A stretch of DNA of 63,898 nucleotides, counting the filler, from Folioceros fuciformis (lineage: Eukaryota), in assembly GCA_049999805.1 (NCBI GenBank). It is 4 parts of 3 records of this genome, joined end to end, with 100 filler letters (N's around TTAATTAATTAA, not from the genome) between each part and the next. Parts side by side here need not be neighbours in the genome. Positions count along the whole stretch, not along the records: positions 21,394 to 35,818 come from JBNGIO010006316.1; positions 35,919 to 61,449 come from JBNGIO010006316.1; 2 more parts are not named here. One strand, 5' to 3'. Below the pieces are notes generated by a model. It searched no databases and had not been told where the DNA came from. It saw only the letters and a program-made list of their open reading frames with translations. The translations under genes were made by a program, and so were the position numbers. Of this stretch, positions 35,207 to 56,704 are shown piece after piece. How positions within the stretch are numbered: the stretch's first letter is position 1; each line of letters starts with the position of its first letter.

Positions 35207-35355
35207 CCATGTCTTGATGTTGACAGACTTGTAGGCATTTGATCTATGTCTTGATGTTGATAGGCTTGTAGGCATTTGATCCATGTCTTGATGTTGATAG
35301 ACTTGTAGGCATTTGATCCATGTCTTGATGTTGATAGACTTGCAGGTATTTGATT
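35207..35355. repeat. 37-bp tandem repeat x4
   Basis: CCATGTCTTGATGTTGATAGACTTGTAGGCATTTGAT at 35207, 35244, 35281, 35318. Confidence 0.9.
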
Positions 35356-35918
35356 GATATCTTTTCAATAGAGTATGAACATGTGAAGAGTACCGTTGAG
35401 ACTGACTAGTATACCATTTTGAGCTGAAATCCCAACCCATATTTTTTTGCAGGTGGGTCCAAGAGCATAGCCCTACTCAAATTTCAACCCACACCTTGTA
35501 AGACATCTAAAGATCCAATGGAAATACATTGCTGAAAAAGAGATACCACAAATTGTAGGAAGGAACCAACCCTATTCTTATGGATGTGTTGGGGTTTATC
35601 ACAACTCTTGCTAATTGAGACTCATCAAGCTATGGGTAAGGATTTTCAGCACTTTATCAATAGCTATCGTGCAAGGGCTGTCGACGGCTTTACTATTAGT
35701 TGTTTCCCAAGAGGTGTACTTATGAGCAATTGTTGCATATGCCTCAAGATGAAGGATTATGTGCATGGAGCTGTGAAACATTTGAGGATCTAACATACTC
35801 AAAGTTGTTCTCATGTTANNNNNNNNNNNNNNNNNNNNNNNNNNNNNNNNNNNNNNNNNNNNTTAATTAATTAANNNNNNNNNNNNNNNNNNNNNNNNNN
35901 NNNNNNNNNNNNNNNNNN

Positions 35919-45246
<9,328 letters not shown>

Positions 45247-46034
45247 GGCTGCAGCAGCGCACACCAGAGAAACAGAACAGAGCACACCAGAACAGAACAC
45301 AACAGAGCGGAGCCGAGCGGAGCAGCGGCAGCGGCCCGGGCTCCGTATCCTCTCGTCAAGAGGAGAGAAGGAGGAGAGAAAAAGAGAGGAAAGGGAGGGA
45401 TGTAGAGGAGGAGGAGTGCAGAAAACGGGGGACAGTTGTTGTTCTTGTCGCTGCGATATACATATTCCAGATATGTATATCTAAATATTCATGGCCAGCT
45501 CCCGCTTCCGGACAAGCCGTATCCACAGTGTGTATCCCTCAGTCCGGGCAAGAGGGCCGTTATAGTCGGGGTGCAAATGACGTACTGTGGCGCGGCTTCC
45601 GTGTTACGACACTTTCATGTGTATCAACATATCCACAAGGCGAGGACCAGCTCGGACTTCTCGCCGAGTGAGTTGTCGAGCAAGGCAGCACTAGACACAC
45701 GCCGCACACAGAGTCTCTGCACTGTACAATGTTGCATAGATACGTTACAATCGGTGTATCCATGTATACACTGATGATACCGGTGCACGCCACCAGCCCC
45801 CAGGAATGGGGTGAGGAGCCAAGCTACCGACAGCCGACCCGTCGCGTCGCGCCCCAAAGCGACTCGCGGAGCCGCAAAGATTCGCCTCGCCGGTTGACGC
45901 CACCACTGACACTGCCGCTGTCCCTCCCTGACGGATTCCAGAATCATAACATCCCAGGAGACGGGGACTCTCTCCTACAGTGCTGCGGGGAAAGTACAAG
46001 CTGCTCACCAACCAGGGTGCGCCAAATCCTTTCC

Positions 46035-47836
46035 TTACGTGAAAGGGTAAAAATTGGCGAACAGCAAAGTCCCGACCGCAGAGTAGACCAGGAAGTGCAG
46101 CCAAACGAGGCGCTCCACGCCCTTGGCTTCCGCCGCGAACCAGTAAAGCGCTGGACTCACGGAAAGGAAGCGGGTGGCGACCTGCAAGAGGAGGACGAGG
46201 ACGAGGGCGTCACAGCTTTCACCCAGGCCTTCCCGATGACGCTTTTGCTTGCAAACAAAACGAAGAGATAACTTTCGAGGGAAAAAAAAACAAAGGAGTG
46301 GAATCCGACGCACACACCTGCACGTGCATCACCAACGCCACAACAGCAGTCATCACAGCCAGCTGATAGACAAAACATAGGGACCCGTAAGACCCGAATC
46401 CCGTCGACTTCCTGGTCTTGTCACATTGGCCCACCCTGAGACCGCGCATATGCTTCAAAGATTCAGGGAGGCCCAGAGCCAAGAAGCCCAGCTTCTGACG
46501 TGCAGCCGTGGAGGTGACAGTGCATGTCGCCAGCAGCAGCATAGGTGACGCGAGCAGGAAGTTGGGAAGTTGCTTCAGCTCAAAGTAGCGAAACAACCCC
46601 ACGTTCCTGCAGGCAACCGAAGGAGGAGGTCAGAAACGCGTTGCAGTTGGAGTTGGGCCAGGGCATGCATGCATCGGGTGTATACCTGGTTGCTTACCAG
46701 TACCGGCTTTGGACGAAGCCGTAGATATACGGAATGGAGTCGGAACACCAGCCTCGATCTTGTCGCCTGCTGGGGTCATGGCACATCCGGTAATAGCCGA
46801 ATGCTTGAAAAGCAAGGAAGGGAGCAACGGTACCTAGCGTCTGTAAGAAAGCGATGAGCACAACTTTGAGGCAGCGTGCAAAGGCCCGGGGCCACGACTT
46901 CGTTGCCCTTGCCAGCGCCAGCGATGCCGCTGCTTCGTGCATGGCTTCGAACAGGAAGAAGCCGGCATGAAGCACTCCGTTGGAGCGGACAGCGCAAGAG
47001 AGGGCGAACAGGAGAACCGCTTTCCATTTGGCTCCCGAAACTAGGTGCCACAGGCCCGCGAAGGAGAGAAGGCTGAAGAGACTCTCACTGTATCTGTGGC
47101 AGTGCACAACCATGAAATTAGGCGGCAGGAGCAGGTGGTGTCAAGAAGCACAGCGAACGTCAAGGCTGTCAGCCATCAAACGTGAGATGTTACATGGAAG
47201 AATAGAAAACCGACGCCGGATTGAAGCAGAACAACGCTGTGGCCCTTCGTGCGCAACTTTCATCTTGCAGAACCATCCTAGACAATCTGATGTGGAGAGG
47301 CAACGGTCAAGCGTGAGCTACCAGATGTGAAGCGCAATGCATGAGCTGCCGCAGGCCGTAGACGCACCTGTACAAGTAACAAGCAGCCAGGACGAAAGCG
47401 GCATTGTTGATGACATAACCCGCAAGCGCGAGAGTCGCTCTGAAGCCCAGTAGAGGCGTCAACCTAGAAAAAACTGCGGGACAGTGAGGAGGAGGATTGA
47501 GAGCCAAAAGAGGAAGGCAAAGGCATTTCAAGTATCACCTGTGGTGGCCAAGAGGCGCATGGCGAGTGGCAGCAGAGGCAGGAATGCGTGCGTCTGCTCA
47601 TACTCATATCCGCACTGGGCGATCCGCACGTAGTACACCCCATCCCACACCACCGACTCCTCCAACACCCGGCCAAGACCACTAGCGCTGCTGCCCACAC
47701 TGCCGGACGAGCCGAGACACGGAACATCCAGACCCGCGGACGTGTCGTATGGGCCAACCACAGCGCGAGTCAATGCTAGCAGCGCTAGCAAAGCTGAGCG
47801 CGACAAGATCGCTAATCTCACCACGCGCAGTTCCAT
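46035..47836 (-). CDS. PIGV: GPI mannosyltransferase 2 (PIG-V/GPI18), 6 exons
   Basis: PYDTS, WDGVYY..IA..GYEYEQ..AFLPL, FCFNPASVF, YSESLF, RSNG, YGFVQSRYWNVG, QLPNFLLA, MHVQVATR, NFYPFT*. Confidence 0.93.
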
Positions 47837-48164
47837 CGGAGGCAGAAGGAGGTGGTGGCACTACTTACCCGACTAGAAGTAGGAACCAGCTCGAACCTTT
47901 GCCGGGGACACCTCTCAGAGATCACCTACCACAACAGCTATAGCATCATATGGTATGCGAAGTACCGCCCGATCGAGGCACTAGATACACATTTCTAACG
48001 CCAGTCCCAAAAATTTTAAAGTACAGTCAAAAGAGCTACAAAAGGCTGGAGGCAGGAGTTTCAGAGCGCCAACAATGCTCGACTGCCCCGGAATTGCTCC
48101 TATGGCCACAACCTTGCTACCTGCCGTGACAGTTTGGACAAGCAAAGATAAGAGACGAGAGTCA

Positions 48165-48272
48165 CCTGAGCTGAGCCCAGCCTAGCATAGGCTAGCGAAG
48201 CCTAGCCTGGCAGCAAGGCTAGGTTAGCCTAAGCTAGGCTAGGCTAGGCTAGGCTAGACTAGACTGAGTAGA
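48165..48272. repeat. Degenerate (CTAGG/CTAGC)n pentamer repeat directly after the RBM25 stop
   Basis: AGGCTAGGCTAGGCTAGACT etc. Confidence 0.8.
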
Positions 48273-51200
48273 CTATGCCTTGGCTCTGGAAGCCAGGCCA
48301 GTTTCAACTCGTCGGATCTCGAATATCAGCATCCTCCACATCTTCAAAACAAACATTTCAGCCTCATCGTCCAAAACCCTTTCCAAGTGCCCAAGCATGT
48401 TGGAAGCCGTTACGTGCTTTTGCGTGTGATTCACGATGAACTCAACCAAGGTGTTTTCTTCCTCCCCCAAAAATTCAGTGATCTTCTTAGCTATCCACGG
48501 CCGCATCCTCTCGTGCAGGTCATGCTGCCACAACAGAATCACCACAAATAATATGAGCGATTGTGAAATGAAATCACAGCCACACGGAGATCAAGCTCCC
48601 GGTACCTTGTCATAGATTTTCCAGTCCACCGGATATGCAAACAGTTCGTCCCTCGTCTTGGGTATACTGTCGATGAGTTGCTTCGTATCCATGACTTTGG
48701 GTTCCGTCACTTTTCCCTTATCCGACTGCCTCTCTTTGTCTCTGTCGTGCTCCTTATCCCTCTCCCTATCCCTATCCCTATCCCTATCCCTATCCCTATC
48801 CCTGTGCCTGTCCCTGTCCCTGTGACTGTGACTGTCCCGGTCCCTGTCCCTCTCTCTTTCTCTTTCCCTGTCCCGGTCCCTGTGCCGCCCCCTGTCCTTC
48901 TCCCTTCGACCTTTATCTCGTTCACCCCCTCGATCTCTCTCTTTCCTGTTTCTATCTCGGTCCATATCATCCGAGGGCCCACAGTTGGACAAGCTCTTCG
49001 CAAACTCTGCAGCTGCCGCAAGATTTGAAGCGAAACCAGGAGCCTGCTGATTAGACTGCTTGGAAGGAGCTACAGCCTGCATCTCCTCCGCACTGTAATC
49101 AATGGGAACCAAAGGCCGTAGCATTCGCTCCTTAGGAATTTCCTCTTCATCCTCCTGATGAAACACCGATGGAACAGCCGCACGCCTCCCCGATCCCATC
49201 AGACCAAATCCCAGCTTTCGAGGAGCAGAGTTACTTGAGTTACTTTTCAGTTTCAGGTCAGACTCATTAGCTGCCACGATATCCCCTCCTACTTCAGGCC
49301 TTGCAGTATCATGGCCACCATTGCTGGAGGTCATGAGCACCTCGGCTGAAAGGCCCCACAAGCCCATGTCAGTACCAAACGTACTTTCACCAGCAAGACT
49401 CTTAAAAAAAAGGCAACAGGCGGACACATGGAATGCTTCCTACGTGCTCACTTACCCTGTGGCTGTTCTCCTTCTGAGACACTTCCAGGACTTGCATCCT
49501 TCACTGGGACATGCTGTTGTGAAGGTACTCCAACATCCACAACCGCTGCAGCCGCAGGTACCTCATGGTCTTCAGGCCGGTACACATCTACTTCCATCGC
49601 ACAAGGGCTCACTTGCTTTGTTTTTTGTCTTTTCACTTCAAGCACTTCCTGCTCCTCTCTCACAACATCTGCCAAATCTTCTTCCTTTTCCCTTTGCCTC
49701 CTCTTCCTCTTCTCATCTTGCAAACTCTCCCTGTAACGCCTCTTTCTCCACTCCTCCTCATCACTCTCCTCCTCTTGCTCTTTTACCTCCCTGCGCCTAT
49801 CTCTTTCCCTATCCCTTTCACGTTCCCTGTCATGCGCTCGCTGACGTTCTCTTTCCCTCTCTCTGGCCTCCCACTCCCTTTCCCTCTCCTCATACAAACG
49901 CTCTGCCTCCCTGACCCTGATCTCTCTTTCCCTCTCTCGCTTCACCCGCTCCCTTTCTCGTTCTCTCTCGTATCGTTCCAACTCCCTATCCTTCTCCCTT
50001 TCCATCTCCCTCTCGCGATCTCTTTCCTTGTCTCTCTCACTCCGCCTGCCCCGCTCAGCAGCAGGACCACCATCAGGTCTTTCTACTTCTGCCGGTCCCT
50101 TGTGGTCCATTGTTGCTTCCTCATCGAGCTTTGCAGAAGAATCATCTACAAATCACAGAGAAACAGCCATTTGCAAACATGAGAACAAACAAAAGCGTGA
50201 ACCCCAGCCCTCTGGTGACAAATATCCAAATTTTTCAGCTTCCTTACTTCCATCCAGATTCGAATCACCCTCCTTGGACTTCGAAGTTGGATCAGCATTT
50301 GAGGTCCCCTTGCTAGAGGCATCTAAAGATGCAGTGGGTGGAAGAGGCTGTGGCATCAATCTTGCCCTGTAATCAAGTGTCAGGGACACATTGCTAAAGT
50401 TGCAGTGGATAACCAAGTACAAGCTGCCATCCGCAAGAACAAACAATTGGCTTCCCTCGCTGGACCCACCTTTCTTGCAGCAATGCAGTGAGCAGTTGGA
50501 CAGCCGAATTATCCGATTCCACATCCAGCTCGGTAACAAGTCCAAATTTTTTTGCATCATCCTCTGCTCCATCTATCTTTGCCACAAGCAGCGGATACGA
50601 TGGATGGTCCACAACCTCTACGCCAGGTGCAGCCTCCTCCTTGATCTCAGCGATAGCTTCCTCTTTGAGGATTCTCTCCCTTTCTTTCCTTCTGGCCACA
50701 TATCGCTCGAGATATTCACGAGTCGCTTGATTCACATTCAACTGCAAAAGCCAGGTAACAATAGTCATTCATATTTTACGAAAAGATGGCAGAGGGTCCT
50801 GGCAGCCCTGCCCTGATACGTTCGTGTGCGTGGCAGAACATGCAGACAGATGCAGGTGATCAGAGGAGTGAAAGAGGTACCACGAGCTCCTGGCCGTCGA
50901 GGGCAAACTTGTTGAGGAGCCTCAAAGCTCTGAGAACACCTTCAGCAGATTCAAATTCGCAAAACCCAAATCCCTTGGGCGACCCAGTAGTGGGATCCTG
51001 CGCCCTTTTCCAGCTTTTGATAGGACCACACAACTGCTCACCAAGGGAAGTGAAGTGAGTGAGAACTTACACCAAAAACGCACAACGTGGTACAAGGGAC
51101 GACAAAGACCTTAGCTGGTGGAGTGATGGATTCCTTCATCACAGCCGTGACGCATAAATTTGCAGCCTCACCTCCAGAATGGACCTTAAGACGTCATCCT

Positions 51201-51645
51201 CTACAGTTGTAGAAATTTTCCCCACGTAAACTGTGGTGTGAGGCTTTTCAGGTGGGGCGACAAGCTGACCCACACCCTTGGCAGCAAGATCCGAGAGTAT
51301 AATTCCAGGAGGTGGTTTGAGAACAGGAGGGTGAGGTCGAAGGCCGTTCCCAAGTGGCCTTGGCAGTGGCATGCTGCCGGTCGGCGACGGTGAAGGCCCG
51401 AGCATAGGACGTGGCAGGTACCCTGGGGCAGGTGGAGGCATTGTCGGAAAAGCCGGCGCCGAGTAACGCGGGACACCTTTCGCAGCAAGCTCGGGCACAG
51501 TCATTCCAGAAGGAGGCTGCAGAACAGGAGCATGAGTGCGAACTCCGTCGTTAACCGGTCTCGTAAGAGGCATGGTGGTGGCCGCCGGTGGTGGTGAAGG
51601 GCCGAGCATAGGCCGGGCCACATACCCTTGAGCAGAGTGAGCCAT
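48273..51645 (-). CDS. RBM25: RNA-binding protein 25 (Pro-rich, RRM, RE/RD-rich, PWI domain); start codon uncertain
   Basis: TTVYVGKIS (RNP2), KGFGFCEF (RNP1), long RE/RD tracts, LVPIDYS, LIDSIPKT, and a PWI domain (RPWIAKKITEFLGEEE...FVLKMWRMLIFE). Confidence 0.93.
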
Positions 51646-52399
51646 GGTAGGAAACGGCCGGTGCAGAGAAGCGCGACCTAACGGTAGCGGGCGGCACCAA
51701 CCGAGATATGGTGGCGGCTCCCCCGGCTCAGCATATATAGTTACAGCCGGACCCGGCACCCGAGAAATGGCAATAGAATGCGTTCCGACCCAAGAGCGAT
51801 TGCTGTGGCAGACACAAGCGCAAAGCTAGGGTTTCCTACAAACAAGCCCTGTGGTATGACATCCCAGGCCCAGCCATGGCCGCTCCACAAGATTGATCCC
51901 CCGGACGCGTACTCTTCCTCCTGCGGACGCCACAAAGGCGGCACACCGTAGTCGATGCCTGCCTGGCTTGCCCTCAACTGCCTGCTGTCGTCTCCCGTAA
52001 ATGAAAGGCAGGCAAGCTACAAGATAGCTCCCTCCTTCACGCAAATCTTACAACCTGCGTGTGCTTCCAGAGTGTGGTCCGAGACAACCATAGGTGACAG
52101 CAACCGACTGGCGAGACCGGCGCGCTGGACAAATGCATCATGCTCCTCCGTCGAAGCCAATCCCTGGCATCCCCGAAAACATGGTAGTATCCTCGTGGCA
52201 GGCGTCCCTAATATGCTTGCCCAACTCCTGATTATAGTAGCTATGGTCATGCGGCAGGAACTAATTACATACGAGAATTAAGTACAGTATCGAGAGTGTA
52301 CTTCGAAAAGCCGGAATTGTGGAGCCGACGCTTAATGTTCATATTGGAAAGGAAATAATTAAGATTTTACTCCCAAGGAATAAATTATTTAATCAATTT

Positions 52400-52660
52400 T
52401 TTATTATTGAAAAAGAGATGGAAAGTCCATCAACTCTAAAGATTGGAGGAAAAGAGAATAACCCGAGCAGGGCCAAACGCAAAAACGTACTAGCCCTTTG
52501 AATATCATTTTCAAAAACTACTTATTGCTCCTAAAGTGGTATGATTGTGGAATAACAAAAAGTTTACATATCACCAGTACGAAAGAAGCCGCTTGTTACT
52601 GTTGTACAAACAGCGTTGGCCAATGCTCTTTGAAAAGCAATGCATACACGTTGTCTGTTG
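52400..52660 (-). mobile_element. 5'-truncated copy of the CRE-like element (RLE C-terminus plus 3' UTR)
   Basis: RQRVCIAFQRALANAV and a 3' UTR colinear with 22650-22950, ending TTTCCATCTCTTTTTCAATAATAAAAAA. Confidence 0.75.
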
Positions 52661-52760
52661 TCGAAAGCTGAATACACGTTGTCGAAAGTTGAATACACAT
52701 TGTCCAAAGCTGAATACACATTGTCGAAAGGTGAATAAACGTTATCTAAAGCTGAATACG
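52645..52760. repeat. 21-bp tandem repeat (~5 copies)
   Basis: AATACACGTTGTCGAAAGCTG at 52671, 52692, 52713 and 52734. Confidence 0.9.
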
Positions 52761-53469
52761 AAAGAAGACACATCACTCTATTTAACATGGTGATTTGTGT
52801 TTCTCCTAAGACCTAGGATCCCGAGGCCTTGTCCAACCGCAAGCTCTGCCAACTAAGGGTGCTCCAAACTGATATCACAAGCAAGGCTTATATGAGTAGC
52901 TCAATGATAGATATATGTCTACATATGCAAGTTGCAATGGCAAAGATGCAAGGTTCTACGATGCAAGGCAACTTGCACATGTCTATGCAATTGCAAGACA
53001 TTATCGATAGAGATTCTCAAGGCGGAGAAGGCAACAGCTGGTGAAGGAGACATCATGGGTTGAAAGGGAACCTTAACTAGATAGTATTTTCTTTGCCTTA
53101 GCCCTAACAAATAGACACACATCTATACAGTAGATTAGGCATATCATCAGCTAATAGGAAGGATGGCCTTTGGACCAAGTATGTAGGTATACCATGGTAC
53201 TAAGTTATTAAGTACCAAAGTCTCATGACATAAATCGGACCTTACTATACTTTATTAATTGAATTCTTCTTCTTCTACTTCCATTTACTTCATTATGCCA
53301 ACACACTTTGAATACCCAAAAGAAGAAAACAAACTTTGTAACCAACATTAAATGTAGTTTCATTTATTGGGTTTTTGTCCTATGCACAAACTTTTATGTA
53401 TCCTCATCCTTCGTCTCCTTAATAATACTAACACACTAGAAGCAATGTGAGTCACTTCGTGAACGGCTC

Positions 53470-53800
53470 CCTATTGTTAATGGAAGCAGGAAAAGCTCAT
53501 TGAATATGATACATAGATGGTTACCTACTATTGATGGNNNNNNNNNNAAAAGCTCATTGAATATGATACATAGATGGTTACCTACTATTGATGGAAGGAG
53601 CAAAAGCTCATTGAATAGTCATGATACATAGATGGTCCCCTCCTGTTGATGGAACGAGCAAAAGCTCATTGGATAGTCATGATCCATAGATGGTCCCCTC
53701 TTATTGATGGAAGGGGCAAAAGCTCATTGAACAATCATCATACACATAGGGTTCCGTACAATTGATTGAAGTAGCAAAAAAGTCATTAAACAGTCACACA
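53470..53800. repeat. ~58-bp tandem repeat, probably inside the 5' LTR of copia-1
   Basis: AAAAGCTCATTGAATAGTCATGATACATAGATGGTCCCCTCCTRTTGATGGAANGAGC at 53602, 53660 and 53718, with shorter variants upstream. Confidence 0.85.
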
Positions 53801-54133
53801 AGAGATGGTTAGAGAGTTCAATAGTCCTTGACACTTGCACAAACAAGTAGCTTTTGGTGTGAACACGACAAAGCTACAAGGTATTAGAAAAGCAAGAGCC
53901 GTTATATTAAGTTTAGGAACAAATGGTACAGGTAGTTTCGCATTTCCAATTTAGACGACCGCTTAACATTTTGTATAAGACATTCGCTTTTCAATAAACA
54001 ATATCATTTTTTGCTTGACACTCGTGAGGACGTTTCTCTTCCATGGCTCACAAGAACATCCGTTGCCTTAGCCTTCTCAATTTGATCCTGCCATAGCTAG
54101 TTTCATAGCTTTTATGGTATCAGAGCCAGTTCA

Positions 54134-54655
54134 ATGAGTCCTTGGCAAATGCGATGGGTGTCAATCCACCTTGAATACATCACTTTCACCGTAAAGATGC
54201 CAAGACAAAGATTTCATGCACTCGACACGCAATCTTCTCTGACGCGCCCATCTTCTGCTTGCTTGGACCAGATTCTTTGTTCCTTTTGCAGATCTCTGGA
54301 GAAGAGGGCGACTTCGTCAACTCCCCGGAGTCATCCCACACGCTTTCGGACGCTGACACGTGAATGCCGACACCGACATCCCGCCATTGCGTTTGTTCTT
54401 CACTATGCGACCGGGAGAGGTTTACATACGAAGAAATCCCCAACTCCAAGACGTTCCAATGAAGATAAAATTGCATCTCTTCATAGAGAGCTCTACACTC
54501 TACAAAAGCGTGTAAGCGAGCAGGACGCATTCATCACAAGGATATTTGAAAACATTGAGGTTCTTCAGTTGTCTTGTGTAGAACATTTTCAAACGGATAT
54601 CAAATGTGTCAGTCTTTCTCGAGCCAGAACATACATGTCTAGCACCATGTTGTAG
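54134..54655 (+). CDS. Copia-1 leader ORF (ORF0), unknown function
   Basis: 173-aa ORF directly after the PBS, with CSFCRSL, a coiled-coil-like stretch and LSCVEHFQTDI; these motifs are shared with the copia-2 ORF0. Confidence 0.55.
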   Translation: MSPWQMRWVSIHLEYITFTVKMPRQRFHALDTQSSLTRPSSACLDQILCSFCRSLEKRATSSTPRSHPTRFRTLTRECRHRHPAIAFVLHYATGRGLHTKKSPTPRRSNEDKIASLHRELYTLQKRVSEQDAFITRIFENIEVLQLSCVEHFQTDIKCVSLSRARTYMSSTML

Positions 54656-55987
54656 TTTCTTGTTTATAATAGATAGTTCAGACTCTGAGGATGAAATTGT
54701 CGTAGACATTTCATCTCTCTTTGCTGAACCTCCTAACCTCTTTGTCTGGGATTTCTCCCCGAGCAATCTCTTAAAGAGACAACGTCCGCAACAATCAATC
54801 CCCAATGGGACTCTTAATCCTGTAGCCATGTCTGGAGCCTCATCCTCTGTCCCCGTTGTTCCTACCTTGAAAATTGAATTCAAGGACAAGGACAGGTTTA
54901 ATGGCACAGACTATAACTTTTGGGCTATGAGACTTACCCAAATTTTTGAGGAGAATGAGCTGTTGTCCATCGTGGATGGCACAGAACCTAAGGTGACAAC
55001 ACTTGCTAGAACGGCTGACGAAATCCTAGCCTGGGAGCGTACGGATAGACGAGCACGTTCCATACTCATTGCTGCCTTAGACAGAAATGTCATGCCACAC
55101 ACAATAGATGTGAAGACATCGGCAGATGTGTGGAAAGTTTTTCAGTCAATTTATTAGGATAAGAGCTCAGCATCTCTAGTGCATGCGCACAGAGATTTTT
55201 TCAATTTGAGAATGAGGGACAATGAGCCTGTTGAGGCTTACATCAACAAGTTTAGGACTCTTCGTGCTAATCTTGCGTATTGTGGCACAGTGCTCACGGA
55301 AGTACAAGCATCGAGAAGCATCCTAGCTTCACTTCCAGAGAGCTATCAGCACTTTGTTGGCAGTCAAAATGCCACAATACATGTAGGTGTTCAGGTGGCA
55401 ACATCAAGTCAGCCACCAAAAGTGACTCTTGAGGAAGTCATTGGTGCCCTCAAATCTGAAGAACACACAAGGAGCTTCCACAAGAATAAGAGTTCCACTA
55501 CCAACAACACAAGAGTGTTCTTCACATCAAGAGGACGAGGTAGCTTTCGTGGGCATGGCAAAGGACGCGGTTCCTATACAAACTCATAGCGTGATGTGAC
55601 CACAAAGAAGACCTTTGTTTGCAACTGGTGCAAGATACCTAGACATTATGAATGTGACTGCCGCAAGAAGAAGGGAGGTGAACCCAGACGTGAACATCCT
55701 CCAGAAAGCAACATCACTACCAGGAAGACTAAGCAGCCCACCATCCTGGCAGTTTGTTTGTCATCCACCCAGGTACAATCTGACACATAGTTCCTCGACT
55801 CTGAAGCCACAAGTCACATTTGCTTTCACAGGAGTGCTTTTTCTTCTTTCACTCCTTCTACTGATGCAAAACAGTTTGTCTTACTGGGAGACAACAGTGC
55901 ACTTTCTATCAAAGGCTCAGGCTCAATTATTATTTCCTTGCCAAATTCTTCTAGACTCAGACTCACAAATGTTCTTTATGTCCCTTC

Positions 55988-56326
55988 TGAAGGATCGCTA
56001 GGAGCTACATGGTGAAGGAGAGGAGAGGAGGAGGCAAGGAGGAGAGGAGAAAGAGAGATCTCACAGCGTCTCTCACAGCTCTGTTACAAAGGGAGCTCAA
56101 GAGGGTATTTATACCCTCTAGAAAAGCTCCCAAGGAAGCTTCACAAGAAGCTCACAGGAAGCTATGCAGGAAGCTTCCTAAAGATTAGCTTAAGCTAATC
56201 TAAACTAATGATACTTAATTAGACATTAATATTAGACTAGTTACATTAGTCTAGTTAAACTAATCACATTAGTTTAATTAGACTGATCACATTAGTCTAA
56301 GCACATTGGGCTTTAATAACCCTACA
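55988..56326. mobile_element. Solo LTR (339 bp) inserted in copia-1 pol
   Basis: TGAAGG...CCTACA termini with a perfect 5-bp TSD CCTTC (55983-55987, 56327-56331). Removing it restores LYVPSMTKNLMSV. Confidence 0.92.
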
Positions 56327-56704
56327 CCTTCAATGACCAAAAATTTGATGTCTGTTCTAAAGTTGTCATAGGAACATTATTACCAAGTGTGCTTTGATCA
56401 GCAAGGGTGTTATGTCACAAGTACCAGGTCTGGACATGATCTTTTCTTAGGCTCACGTTTTCATGACTTGTATCTCCTGAATGTTAAAATTGTGATCAGT
56501 ACCATTCAGTCAGTTCATTCTACAGAAGTCCCCTCCACACAATTGTGGCACTGTCGTCTTGGACATGTCGACTTCCAACGTCTTAATTCCCTTGTCTTAG
56601 GTGAGAGTCATAGAGAGCCTCTGGATTTTTCTTTTGTCAAAAATACTTTTTGCGAAGCATGTCAGTTGAGTAAGGCTCACTCGCTGCCTTTCAAGGATGT
56701 GGCC

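Larger units (their letters stand above)
54115..56704 (+). mobile_element. Ty1/copia element 1 (PBS, ORF0, gag, zinc knuckle, protease, GAG-pre-integrase), degenerate
   Basis: PBS TGGTATCAGAGC (tRNA-iMet) at 54115; gag ATG 54828 (RFNGTDYNFW); CNWC..H..C; FLDS.ATSH; LWHCRLGH; CEACQLSK. LTR boundaries unresolved. Confidence 0.9.

Noticed and set aside
35819-35918. GLT1 truncated or pseudogene
   Set aside because: The coding sequence is clean up to an assembly gap; the missing C-terminus is most likely in the gap.
45729-46271. 180-aa plus-strand ORF between GLT1 and PIGV
   Set aside because: Overlaps the PIGV last exon and 3' UTR antisense; no domain features.
48678-50182. IP/VP/GT/LS dipeptide-repeat ORFs
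   Set aside because: Alternative frames and antisense of the RBM25 RD/RE tracts.
52830-53303. Possible solo LTR (TGT...ACA)
   Set aside because: No matching TSD and no second copy in the window; boundaries cannot be supported.
53470-53800. 58-bp periodic array as a CRISPR
   Set aside because: Whole units are repeated, there are no spacers or cas genes, and the context is eukaryotic LTR.
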